The notes: generated by a model from the letters alone, not told the origin. Shown: positions 26,240 to 35,890, counted from the first letter of the stretch. The stretch is DNA of 63,240 nt from Desulfobacterales bacterium (GCA_046483495.1 JAWODC010000060.1:1-63240); one strand, 5' to 3'. Numbers and translations are program-made.

Positions 26240-27073
26240 TTACGACGTCTCGTGAAACTCAACCCTGCACTTCAGCCCCGGTGGGAGTTCGAAGCCGGGG
26301 TTCGGTATCTCCAGGCGGACGCCGAAGGTGCCGCTCGCCGCATCGATGACTTTGTCCACGATCGTTACCTCGGCTTCATAAGCGCCGCCCACCGGCGGTT
26401 CAGGCTTTACGGTGCCGCTCATGCCGACCTGAACCGAACCGTACGCCGAAACAGGCAAAATGACTTCCACGTTCAGCGGATCGATCTGGGCGATTTTGAG
26501 AATCGGTTTGTCTTCAACATATTCCCCTTTTGCCAGGTACCGTTCCATGATCACGCCGGAAATCGGACTGGTGATCGTCTTCCGCTTCACGGCTTCATCG
26601 GCCTGGTGAAATTCCAGTTCATGCAGCCGCTTCTGATCCAGGGCCGCGGCCAGTTCGGTTTCCGCCAGAATTCGCTGGGTATCCACCTCGTCCCACTTCT
26701 GCATAGGCAAAGCGTTTACTTCGTAAAGGTCGCTGATCCGCTTGCTGTTTCGTCGGGCATATTCCAGGGCGGCCTTCTTCGCCTTGATGTTCGATTCCAT
26801 ATCCGCGCGGGCCCGCGCCAGCGCCAGGGTCGCCTTTTCGACACCGGACCGCAGCCGGGCCACAACCTGGCCGGCGGACACAACATTCCCTCGATCCACG
26901 TTCACGGCTTCGAGAACCCCGGGAACCTCACTCCCGAGCTCCACCACCAGGTGAGGTTCGATCAAGCCGTTGTATTCCACTGTTCCCGTAGTCACGGGAA
27001 CCGGTTCGGCACACAAAAGCGGCATCCCTATCCAAAAGGCCAAAACAAATGAGAAAACAATTAGACGTTTCAT
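26240..27073 (-). CDS. Small HlyD/RND-type periplasmic adaptor (membrane fusion protein)
   Basis: 277 aa. Signal peptide, lipoyl-like halves (VDRGNVVSAGQVVARL; ITSPISGVI), coiled-coil hairpin, IDAASGTFGVRLEIPNP...LPPG. Confidence 0.88.
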   Translation of the reverse strand: MKRLIVFSFVLAFWIGMPLLCAEPVPVTTGTVEYNGLIEPHLVVELGSEVPGVLEAVNVDRGNVVSAGQVVARLRSGVEKATLALARARADMESNIKAKKAALEYARRNSKRISDLYEVNALPMQKWDEVDTQRILAETELAAALDQKRLHELEFHQADEAVKRKTITSPISGVIMERYLAKGEYVEDKPILKIAQIDPLNVEVILPVSAYGSVQVGMSGTVKPEPPVGGAYEAEVTIVDKVIDAASGTFGVRLEIPNPGFELPPGLKCRVEFHETS

Positions 27074-27088
27074 ACCTTTCTCCCGGCA

Positions 27089-29083
27089 TCATTCAAACCG
27101 GCCTGAAGAAGCCAGTGAATCACTCAATTGTTCATCTATTTTCAAGAGGTTCCGGCGCATGCGGGAATGCAGCCGCTCCGCACGCCACTGCGCCATCCGG
27201 AACACCATTGTTCCGGCCCATGACGCCGGCCGGAAATTTTCCTTCTCCAGGATCATTCCCGCCAGCCACCGAAACGGTTTTCCGATGAATACACGAATCA
27301 ATTCATCGTCCAGGGAAACCAGTGCCAGGCAGGTGCCGGGGTCCCCCTGCCGGGCGCACCGTCCGAAAAGCTGCCGGTCGATGCGCCGGGATTCGTGCCG
27401 TTCGGTCGCCAGGACAAAGAGTCCGCCCTTTTCGGCAACGCCCGAGGCCAGGCGGATATCGGTGCCCCTTCCCGCCATATTTGTGGCCACGGTGATCCGG
27501 CCAATGCCGCCGGCCATGGCGATGACATCGGCCTCCTCCCGGTCCTGCCGAGCGTTGAGCACGCGGTGCGGCAGGCATTCTCTCTGCAATAGTCCGCTCA
27601 GGTGTTCGGAGGCCTCGACCGACCGGGTGCCGATCAAAACGGGCCGCCCCCGACCCTGCATTTCACGAATCTTCTCGATGACGGCCGTCCATTTCCGCCC
27701 GGTGCTCGAGTAAACGCGGTCCGGGCGGTATTCCCGCCGAGTCGGGAAATTTGTCGACATGGATACCACCCGCAGTCGGTAAACCGACCATAATTCCTGT
27801 GCCACCTCCCGGGCCGTTCCCGTCATCCCCGCAAGGGCCAGATAGCGCCGAAAAAACCGCTGATAGCTGATGCGCGCGCGCGTTTGCTTGGGCACGGTCA
27901 CCTCGCACCCCTCCTTGACCTCTATGAGCTGGTGAAGCCCCATCTCCCAGGACCGGTCCGCCATAATTCGGCCGGTGTATTCGTCGATAATCTGTACTTT
28001 TCCGTCTTTTACCAGGTAATGCCTGTCCGGCTTAAACAGATGGTGAGCGACGATGCTCCGGCGCACCAGCTCTTCACGCTCCTCCTGCCTGATGGGGATC
28101 GGTACGTTCTCCCAGTCGGAAGTGCACGCCGATGATTTGCCGGATTGGGTCAGCGCCACATCCCGCATGTCTTCCAAAAGGATAAAGTCGCGGTTGGGCG
28201 TTAGGGACCCGGCAATCTTCATCGCATGACGGTAAACTTCAGGGTCATACTGGTGATCGGCCTGTGAAGAAATGATCAAGGGTGTACGCGCCTCGTCGAT
28301 TAGAATGCTGTCCGCTTCATCGACAATAGCGTAATGCAGCCCCCGCATGACCAGCTGTTCGATGCGCGAGTTTTCCCCGAAGAGCCGTTCGACCTTCAAA
28401 CGCATCTGCGTGGGCCTGTCCCATAAAATGATTCTGTCCCTCAAGTAGTCAAAGGCGATTTCCTTGTTGGTGCAGTATGTGACATCACAGGCATAGGCAT
28501 TGCGCCGGGCCGCTGCGTCCATCCCGTGAACCACGGTCCCGACGGTAAGACCCATGGTTTCATAAATCGGCCGCATCCAATCGGCATCCCGTTTGGCAAG
28601 GTAATCGTTTACCGTGATAATGTGGACAGGCACCCCGGCCAGGGCCATAACACATGCCGGCAGGGTCGCCACCAGGGTTTTGCCCTCACCGGTTTCCATT
28701 TCCGCCACCATGGCATTGAGCAGAACCCATCCGCCGATCAGCTGGACATCATAATGCGGCATTCCCAAACGGCGATCCGCGACCTCACGGACAAGGGCAA
28801 ACACCCGTGATACGAGTTCACGGGCAAATCCCTCCCGTTTGAGCCGCCCCCCCAGCTCAATGCAATCCGCCGCAATTTGAGCATCGGTCATCGTTCGTAC
28901 GGATTGGCGCAACGCATTGACCGCATCGGGCAGAAACCTGAATGCACCGTGTTTCGGCCGAAAAAATGAGACGAGAAACCCTTTGATGTCCCCCGACAAT
29001 CGGTCGAGTTTGCCCGGCGCCTCTTCCTCTTTTTCCGGATAAATCCCGCCGGTATGATATGGATACGTGAATGGGTTATACAT
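27089..29083 (-). CDS. SecA-like DEAD-motor ATPase, short paralogue (664 aa)
   Basis: EMETGEGKT, HIITVNDYLAKRD, IVDEADSILIDEARTPLIIS, GMTGTA, ATNMAGRGTDI and HESRRIDRQLFGRCARQGDPG are all present. Ends shortly after the start of the helical scaffold. Confidence 0.92.
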   Translation of the reverse strand: MYNPFTYPYHTGGIYPEKEEEAPGKLDRLSGDIKGFLVSFFRPKHGAFRFLPDAVNALRQSVRTMTDAQIAADCIELGGRLKREGFARELVSRVFALVREVADRRLGMPHYDVQLIGGWVLLNAMVAEMETGEGKTLVATLPACVMALAGVPVHIITVNDYLAKRDADWMRPIYETMGLTVGTVVHGMDAAARRNAYACDVTYCTNKEIAFDYLRDRIILWDRPTQMRLKVERLFGENSRIEQLVMRGLHYAIVDEADSILIDEARTPLIISSQADHQYDPEVYRHAMKIAGSLTPNRDFILLEDMRDVALTQSGKSSACTSDWENVPIPIRQEEREELVRRSIVAHHLFKPDRHYLVKDGKVQIIDEYTGRIMADRSWEMGLHQLIEVKEGCEVTVPKQTRARISYQRFFRRYLALAGMTGTAREVAQELWSVYRLRVVSMSTNFPTRREYRPDRVYSSTGRKWTAVIEKIREMQGRGRPVLIGTRSVEASEHLSGLLQRECLPHRVLNARQDREEADVIAMAGGIGRITVATNMAGRGTDIRLASGVAEKGGLFVLATERHESRRIDRQLFGRCARQGDPGTCLALVSLDDELIRVFIGKPFRWLAGMILEKENFRPASWAGTMVFRMAQWRAERLHSRMRRNLLKIDEQLSDSLASSGRFE

Positions 29084-31223
29084 TGAATTTTCTTAAGAAC
29101 AATTGTCTCAATCCACGATACCATCGGTGAATGAGCGGCTCCGACCCATGGTCAAAGCGAACGTATACACGGCCGCCCACATGATAAAGGCTCTCACAAG
29201 CAGGCATCTCTATGTCCAATAAAAAAATCTTCTTAAAAGCCTTGTCGCCCATCATGTCCCTGGGATCGGTCGCGATTTCGCCGCCGCCTTCCTTGCCGAG
29301 GGCCCTCCCGGGGAGTTGATCCGTTGCCGCGGGAATTTCCCGTTTCAGTACGGCCGGCACGGTTCGGCGGATTTCTTCCGAAAATCGAACATCCACGAAA
29401 CGGGTCCGCTGCCTGACCTTATCGACATCGTTTTGTGAGACGACAACCCGGGCGATTCTCCCGGACCCTTCCAGCACATAGCCCAAAAGCTGCCCCCGTC
29501 TGACAAACATCGACGGCATGTCCTGAACCATCGGAACGATGAACACCCCGTCGGCGGCGCTGTAAACCGTCAATTCCGCTACACGCTCCCGGGCGTCTTC
29601 CAGTTTGGCGGAAAGGTGCTCCATCTCCTTCAACGTATTCTCGGCTTTTACCCTGTCGCTGATAATCTCGGTGTCATATATAACCCGTGCTTCGCGAAGT
29701 TGGGCCTCGAGAAGCGTGATTTGGGCGGGCAGGAGCGGATCGATGCATTGAATAAGGGGGGCTCCCTTCCGGACGAACGCACCCGGTTCGGCAAGGATGC
29801 GATCAACGAACCCATTTGTTCCGGCACGGACAAATGATCTCTCCGGCACCCACATGATGCCCTCCGTCAGGGTAGCCAATGGAACGGGAACCAGGCCGAC
29901 GACCGAAAAAAGCAGGAAAACGACGACCGCGACGGCAGCCGTAGCCCGTCCTCGCCGGTGGTCCAGCTGTGGAGACGTAAAAAGAAACCGCAGGCCTTTG
30001 ATGGCCGGCAGTATGAACATACTGAATACGCCCCATATTGCGAAGAGCACCCCGATAAAGAAAAACTTGCCGGCAACGAACAGAATAATGGCCGCATAGA
30101 CCACCATCCGGTACAAAAATGAGGCAATCGTATAGGCAACAAACCAGAAGCGTTCCCCCTTAGACGCCATGGGCTCCTCGACATCCTTGATGCGCAAGAT
30201 GTACCGCTGAATCAGGTAAAAAAAGTAGCGGCTTCCACGCTGGGCGAGATTGGGAATCTCCAGCACATCGGCCAGCATATAATACGCATCATACCGGAGC
30301 AGCGGATTCCCATTGAAAAACAGGGACGAAACGCCCGCAATAAATATGATGTTGTATGTCAAGGATCGCACCGGTCCGGGTTCCATGTTGATCCAGAAAA
30401 AAAGCGCCAGTGCAGCAATGAAGAGCTCAACCGCCATGCCGGCGCCGCCTACGAGGATGCGTTCCCGTCTCTTGTGAAACGCCGATGCAGCAGAGGCATC
30501 CACGTAGGGAATGGGCGTAAACACCAGCATCATGATGCCCATCTCGTGCACTTCTCCGCCGTTTATCTTGACGGTAAACGCATGGGCAAACTCATGGAAT
30601 GTTTTTAGAAACGGAAATGTCAGCCAGAGAATCGCCAGGTTCTTCGGGGATAGAATACGGTCAGCGATATTATGCGTCAGTTCGGACCAGTGGGTCCATG
30701 CCATAAAAATCGCCAGGCACATCATCACCAGCCAGACGAGAGCACCGGCACGACTGAAAATCGGCCTGACGAACGGCTGCAGTCGTTTTAATACGGTTTC
30801 CGGGTCCAGCAGTGAAAACCGCATGAAAAGAGGGCTTCGCAGGTTTTGCTTCAATTTTCCAAACCGCAGTTTTTCAAACCGTTTCAACAGTTCCCGAGTG
30901 TCGGGAACCACGTCGGCCTGAAGCGCATCGATGGCATGGAGCCGGCTGAGCAGGCGAATGAAATCTTCCTGGGTCGGCGCGTCCTCCTCCAGGCGGGAAC
31001 GGGCCGTATCCCAAATTTCCTGCACCGTCCGCTCCCCGTCCATCAGCCCGATGAGCTGATAGGCCACCGGAGTGAATCGCTGAAACCGACCGGAAGTATG
31101 GTCCTGAAGAATGTACCAGAGCTCATTGCGATAATAATGCCGATGGATTTCCATATGGCCGCGAAGCCGGGGCTTCAGACCGGCCACCCGGTACCAGGAA
31201 GGGCTGTACATGGAACTTTTCAT
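29076..31223 (-). CDS. PqqD-like N-domain + M50 (site-2) metallopeptidase + HlyD-like adaptor fusion
   Basis: 715 aa. N-terminal LQDHTSGRFQRF...LMDGERTVQEIW (PqqD-like), multiple TM segments, FHEFAHA (HExxH), NGNPLLRYD, and a C-terminal lipoyl/coiled-coil adaptor. Confidence 0.85.
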   Translation of the reverse strand: MKSSMYSPSWYRVAGLKPRLRGHMEIHRHYYRNELWYILQDHTSGRFQRFTPVAYQLIGLMDGERTVQEIWDTARSRLEEDAPTQEDFIRLLSRLHAIDALQADVVPDTRELLKRFEKLRFGKLKQNLRSPLFMRFSLLDPETVLKRLQPFVRPIFSRAGALVWLVMMCLAIFMAWTHWSELTHNIADRILSPKNLAILWLTFPFLKTFHEFAHAFTVKINGGEVHEMGIMMLVFTPIPYVDASAASAFHKRRERILVGGAGMAVELFIAALALFFWINMEPGPVRSLTYNIIFIAGVSSLFFNGNPLLRYDAYYMLADVLEIPNLAQRGSRYFFYLIQRYILRIKDVEEPMASKGERFWFVAYTIASFLYRMVVYAAIILFVAGKFFFIGVLFAIWGVFSMFILPAIKGLRFLFTSPQLDHRRGRATAAVAVVVFLLFSVVGLVPVPLATLTEGIMWVPERSFVRAGTNGFVDRILAEPGAFVRKGAPLIQCIDPLLPAQITLLEAQLREARVIYDTEIISDRVKAENTLKEMEHLSAKLEDARERVAELTVYSAADGVFIVPMVQDMPSMFVRRGQLLGYVLEGSGRIARVVVSQNDVDKVRQRTRFVDVRFSEEIRRTVPAVLKREIPAATDQLPGRALGKEGGGEIATDPRDMMGDKAFKKIFLLDIEMPACESLYHVGGRVYVRFDHGSEPLIHRWYRGLRQLFLRKFNV

Positions 31224-31283
31224 AACGCGCGCGCTTCTCCAGGACCTGTTTGGTGTCCTATTACGGGCGTGCCGTCTTTCGGT

Positions 31284-33164
31284 TTACGGTATCCAGCGCC
31301 AGATTTGAAGCCGCAGCCAATCCGCAGCTCGATGCGTCCATATCCAAATCAACTTGCGCCGATCGACAGTGATCTTGCCGATGCCCTCCATTCCCGGGCG
31401 CAGGCGGGCCGATGCCGTTTCAATTCGGCCCTCCACCCGAAAAAAGTTTCGGCCTTCCTCGGCGGTTGTCACCGGAGTGATCTTGCTGATGGTAAACGGG
31501 AAGGACTTTCCCGGTATGGAAGAAAAAATGAGTTCGCTCTTCTGCCCCACCGCGATTTTTGATATGTCGCGTTCGTCCACCTCGATAATGACACGATAGG
31601 CATCCAGGGGCGCCAACTCAAACAAAACGTCACCCCGTTCAACCGGGGCGCCGAGGGATTGTGTCAGGTCCCCGCTCATCACAACGGCATCGAACGGCGC
31701 CCGGAGCTGCGTGCGGGAAAGCTGCTCATCGATAAGGGCGATCTGGGCTTCGGCCTGCTCCATTTTCGCCTTCGTGATCTGTATCCTGGAGCGCTCGTGA
31801 TTGGCCATGGCCTCGTTGAACTGGTTTTCCAGCTGATTTCGTTCAGTCAGCCACTTGAACCGTTCCAATTTGAGGTCCCGGTCATCCAGAAGGCATATAA
31901 GGTCTCCTTCACCCACGGTGTCGCCGGCACGAACAGACGCCTCTTTGACATATCCGTCAAATGGAGCCGCCACGGCGCGTTTTATACGGCCTTCGATCAT
32001 GCCGGTCGCCGTTATCCGATAGTCGGTGCTGTACAATGAAAAAAACAATACGAGTACCATCAGACCGGCGGCAATCAGTTTTCGAAGCGGATAGCCGGGT
32101 CCCAAAAAACGTTTCAGTTGAACAGCGGCGGCATCTATCGCCTTCGAGCCGATCCAACGTTCCTCCATCCGTTTGGCATTCAGAATCGCTCCGACAATTC
32201 CGGCGGCGGTGTCGCACAGCTCCACTTCGGCCTGACCGAACGGGTTTTTCGCAGGACGCTCCAGAAGAAGCCCTCCGTAACAGCGGCCCTCAGCCTGCAA
32301 CGGAATGGTCAATATCGTTTCCGACCCGTGCTTTCGTGCAAGTTCCTCATTGGTGCGGGTAACCACCCCCGTCTCGGCGTTGTCGGCGGGAAGCTTCACT
32401 ATGGCTTTCTGATCGACCGCCTCATCCATGGCAAGGCCGATGGCCCGCATCAGGTTCATCTGCTTTGAAAAGTCGGCACTGTGTGACAGTACGCTGACCT
32501 GAATTCTGTTCTTCTTGATAAACCCGAGACTGACGCGGTCGCATTTCAGGAGGATGGAGAGCTTGGTGACAAAGGACATGGCGGCTGTATAGAAGCGTCC
32601 GTTTTCGACGCCGCTGACGATCAGATCGAGCAGCTTTTCAAGCCGGTCATGGGATTCTTTTGTACGGGCGGCGTCCGTCCGGCGAATCAGCACTTCCAGC
32701 CATGCGGCACCCCAGTGGAGCTGCCGCATGGCGGATTGCGCTTCGAAACGACTCTCCTGTTCAACCTCCAGAACGACGACCCCGTGAATTTTTTCCGACA
32801 CCAGTATCGGGTAGGCGATATGCCGCGTACCCGGTGATGCACCGTCGACAAGAAACCCCCGGCGCTCCCGAACAGCCTTTTCCGCGGTTCCCGTTAGATG
32901 AGTCATGCCGAGTTTTGCGTCCGGCCATACCGCCACCGGGGCATAGGGCCCTTGATCCGGTTCGCCCATTAACACCATGGCACACCGAATGCCTTCCACC
33001 ATGCGGCACTGCAGCGGCAGCCAGCTTTGGCAAAATGCTTTCGGGCTGGACGCTTCGGCAAACCGGCGCCAGAAAGGGCGATCCGGATCGATATCGCGGG
33101 GGTCCGCTCCCGTTCGCTTTCCCCCGGCAGCTCCGAGATCCAGATCTGCCCGGTCTTTTTCCAT
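31284..33164 (-). CDS. GAF-domain-containing HlyD-family adaptor
   Basis: 626 aa. GAF-like N-terminal region (ILTIPL...YGGLLLER), one TM helix, then AVAAPFDGYV...VRAGDTVGEGD, coiled coil, LRAPFDAVV and LRPGMEG. Confidence 0.85.
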   Translation of the reverse strand: MEKDRADLDLGAAGGKRTGADPRDIDPDRPFWRRFAEASSPKAFCQSWLPLQCRMVEGIRCAMVLMGEPDQGPYAPVAVWPDAKLGMTHLTGTAEKAVRERRGFLVDGASPGTRHIAYPILVSEKIHGVVVLEVEQESRFEAQSAMRQLHWGAAWLEVLIRRTDAARTKESHDRLEKLLDLIVSGVENGRFYTAAMSFVTKLSILLKCDRVSLGFIKKNRIQVSVLSHSADFSKQMNLMRAIGLAMDEAVDQKAIVKLPADNAETGVVTRTNEELARKHGSETILTIPLQAEGRCYGGLLLERPAKNPFGQAEVELCDTAAGIVGAILNAKRMEERWIGSKAIDAAAVQLKRFLGPGYPLRKLIAAGLMVLVLFFSLYSTDYRITATGMIEGRIKRAVAAPFDGYVKEASVRAGDTVGEGDLICLLDDRDLKLERFKWLTERNQLENQFNEAMANHERSRIQITKAKMEQAEAQIALIDEQLSRTQLRAPFDAVVMSGDLTQSLGAPVERGDVLFELAPLDAYRVIIEVDERDISKIAVGQKSELIFSSIPGKSFPFTISKITPVTTAEEGRNFFRVEGRIETASARLRPGMEGIGKITVDRRKLIWIWTHRAADWLRLQIWRWIP

Positions 33165-33186
33165 TTATGGAAATGTCCCTAAAGTG

Positions 33187-33525
33187 TTATTGAACGGATG
33201 TCGATGGAGGAGCCTGGGGTGTACCGATATCCAGCTTCCCGAACTGCTGCTCATAGTTCTGAACGATATTGTTCAGCAGGACCGACAGGCGTTTTGCCGC
33301 AAAAGGGCTTAAGACGATTCGGTCCGTCAACTGGACCTTCACTTCTTTCTGGCCCGCATGCCATGCCTGGTTCATGCCGAAAAGAAGTACGATTTCCTCC
33401 CGGCCCGCGGCCACGTTGGAAACATTGGCGTAAACACTGCGCATGTTCGAATCATCCCATACAATCCTCTGCTGACCTGTTTGAGCTTCTGGTGTTTCAG
33501 CATTCTTTTTTTGTTCCGCCGGCAT
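33187..33525 (-). CDS. DUF3467-family small protein
   Basis: 112 aa from the ATG at 33525 (AAGGAGG RBS). Motif WDDSNMRSVYAN...EEIVLLFG...RIVLSPFAAKRL...YEQQFG. Confidence 0.8.
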   Translation of the reverse strand: MPAEQKKNAETPEAQTGQQRIVWDDSNMRSVYANVSNVAAGREEIVLLFGMNQAWHAGQKEVKVQLTDRIVLSPFAAKRLSVLLNNIVQNYEQQFGKLDIGTPQAPPSTSVQ

Positions 33526-33542
33526 TGTGTCCTCCTTGTTTG

Positions 33543-33679
33543 GTGTCCATCCGGAAATGGCCGCTTGGTTCAGAGCAAGGCCTGAACGTTTTTGAAATCG
33601 CAGTATTTGGTGGTGAACCAATCGATTTGTCTAATGTACGCAGCTCCGGGCCAAAAAGATTCCATTTATGGATGGGCGA
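33543..33679. repeat. Degenerate palindromic MITE/ERIC-like repeat
   Basis: Ends GTGTCCATCCGGAAATGG and CCATTTATGGATGGGCGA are imperfect inverted repeats (13/18) and resemble the ends at 40321-40463 and 56444-56588. Confidence 0.55.
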
Positions 33680-33816
33680 AAGAATGATCCGTTAATGATA
33701 TGGTTTTGATAGTTCACCGCCAAAATTCGGTTTACACTCCTATATCGTTTTACAGATATTGTCAAGCAGACGGTTTTTCGCGTTCGTCTCATTGTGACAG
33801 CAAGTCCCCGGATGAC

Positions 33817-34791
33817 CTATTCACCGGCCCGATGACAGGCGGCCATGTGTGACCCGCTGTCCATCGGACGAAGAACGGGCTCTTCATAACGGCATCGCTC
33901 GATCGCAATGGGGCATCGGGTATGGAATCGGCAGCCTTTCGGCGGATGCCTCGGCGTCGGAACATCACCGGAAAGCGGGGTCTTTGACTGCTTCGCCAGG
34001 GGATCAGGGATGGGAATCGCAGATAACAGGGCACGGGTGTACGGATGCCGGGGATGTTCGTAAATATCCTGCGCCTCGGCCGTTTCCACGATTTTACCCA
34101 GGTACATTACCGCGATCCTGTCCGAGACATGCTTGACAACGGCGAGGTCATGGGCGATGAACACATAGGACAGGTTCAATTTCTGCTGCAGATCGATCAA
34201 CACGTTGAGGATCTGCGACTGAATGGACACATCCAGGGCGGAAACGGGCTCATCGCAGATGATCAGTTCGGGATGTAAGGCTATGGCGCGGGCGATGCCG
34301 ATACGCTGGCGCTGGCCGCCGCTGAACTCGTGAGGAAACCGGTGTATGGATTGCGGCTGCATGCCCACCTGACGAAGCAGCTCCGCCACCCGTTCCCTTC
34401 TTTCCTGCGCCGGAAAGTTCTCATGAATCACGAAAGGCTCCTCGAGAATCGTGCCGATCGTATGCCGCGAGTTCAGCGATTCGAAGGGATCCTGAAAAAT
34501 CATCTGCAAGTCACGGCGAACCTTGCGGATTTCCGTTTTAGACATTTCGGAAATTTTGCGGTCCCTGAAATAAACCTCTCCGTCCGTCGGTCTGTATAAC
34601 CGGATAATCCCCCGGCCCACCGTCGTTTTGCCGCACCCGGATTCCCCCACAAGACCCAGGGTTTCTCCGGGCCGGACAACAAACGACACCCCGTCAACAG
34701 CATAGACGTCTCCGATTTTCCGTCTCAATATGCCGCCGTGGACGGGAAAATATATTTTCAGGTCTTTGACTTCCAACAAATATTCAGACAT
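33817..34791 (-). CDS. Oligopeptide ABC transporter ATP-binding subunit (OppF/DppF-like)
   Basis: [31 protein letters not shown] and a C-terminal Cys cluster. Confidence 0.93.
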   Translation of the reverse strand: MSEYLLEVKDLKIYFPVHGGILRRKIGDVYAVDGVSFVVRPGETLGLVGESGCGKTTVGRGIIRLYRPTDGEVYFRDRKISEMSKTEIRKVRRDLQMIFQDPFESLNSRHTIGTILEEPFVIHENFPAQERRERVAELLRQVGMQPQSIHRFPHEFSGGQRQRIGIARAIALHPELIICDEPVSALDVSIQSQILNVLIDLQQKLNLSYVFIAHDLAVVKHVSDRIAVMYLGKIVETAEAQDIYEHPRHPYTRALLSAIPIPDPLAKQSKTPLSGDVPTPRHPPKGCRFHTRCPIAIERCRYEEPVLRPMDSGSHMAACHRAGE

Positions 34792-34854
34792 CGTTCATAT
34801 GCAAGCACTCGATATAATGACGGATTCAAAAAACATCACAGTTCCGCCGTCGTT

Positions 34855-35886
34855 TCATTGCGCTTTACCGGTGTGTTGTTTATCGTTTGCAGGATACAGG
34901 TAACACCATGCCGTATGCCCTTCCCCCACCTGCCGGGCTTCGGGAAAAACCGAGGCGCAAACCGGCCTGCGATCAGGGCAGCGGTTGTAAAACCGGCAGC
35001 CCTCCGGCAATTCATACAGGCTCGGGACCAGCCCTTCGATCACACTGAGCTTTTCTTTTCTGGTATTTTCCAGCCGGGGGATGGACGCCAGCAGCCCCCG
35101 GGTATAGGGATGCTTGGGATGATAGAAAAGATCCACCACGGAAGCGGTTTCGGCCAGTTTGCCGGCATACATCACGACCACGTCATCGCACATTTCGGCG
35201 ATCACGCCCAAATCGTGGGTGATGAAAATCACGGCCATGCCCGTCTCTTTTTGAAGATCCTTGATCAGATCCAGTATCTGGGCCTGTATGGTGACATCCA
35301 GGGCCGTGGTCGGCTCATCGGCAATCAACACCTCGGGATTGCCGGCCAGGGCCATTGCGATCATCACCCGCTGACGCATACCGCCGGACATCTGGTGCGG
35401 ATATTCCATCAGCCGCTGTTCGGGGTCCGGTATGCCCACCCGTTTAAACAGGGCCACGGACCGCCGCCATATCTCTTTCTCCCGCATTTCGGAAAAATGG
35501 AGCTCAAACACCTCTCGAAGCTGCTTGCCGGTCCTGTGGACGGGGTTTAACGCCGTCATGGGCTCCTGAAAAATCATGGAAATCCGTTTGCCTCGAATCC
35601 GGTGCATATCCCGGGCATCGAGACCGGCCAGATCGATCCCGTCGAGCCATATTCGGCCTGCTTCGATAAACCCGGAAGGTCGGGGTAGCAGGCGCATGAT
35701 GGACAGCGCCGTAACGCTTTTGCCGCACCCGGACTCCCCTACGATTCCCAGGGTCCGCCCTTTTCTGACCTCGAAGCCCACATCATCCACCGCCCTGATT
35801 CGTCCGGCCTCGGTGGAAAAAGAAGCCACCAGCCCTTCAACGGACAGGATGACATCGTTCATTCGTTCAGAAGTCGTATTCGTCAT
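34855..35886 (-). CDS. Oligopeptide ABC transporter ATP-binding subunit (OppD/DppD-like)
   Basis: GESGCGKS, MSGGMRQR, IADEPTTALD, HPYT. Start is uncertain (35886 or 35862). Confidence 0.92.
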   Translation of the reverse strand: MTNTTSERMNDVILSVEGLVASFSTEAGRIRAVDDVGFEVRKGRTLGIVGESGCGKSVTALSIMRLLPRPSGFIEAGRIWLDGIDLAGLDARDMHRIRGKRISMIFQEPMTALNPVHRTGKQLREVFELHFSEMREKEIWRRSVALFKRVGIPDPEQRLMEYPHQMSGGMRQRVMIAMALAGNPEVLIADEPTTALDVTIQAQILDLIKDLQKETGMAVIFITHDLGVIAEMCDDVVVMYAGKLAETASVVDLFYHPKHPYTRGLLASIPRLENTRKEKLSVIEGLVPSLYELPEGCRFYNRCPDRRPVCASVFPEARQVGEGHTAWCYLYPANDKQHTGKAQ

Positions 35887-35890
35887 CGAA

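Noticed and set aside
27089..29083. Calling this gene the housekeeping secA
   Set aside because: Too short, lacks the C-terminal domains, and sits in an accessory export cluster.
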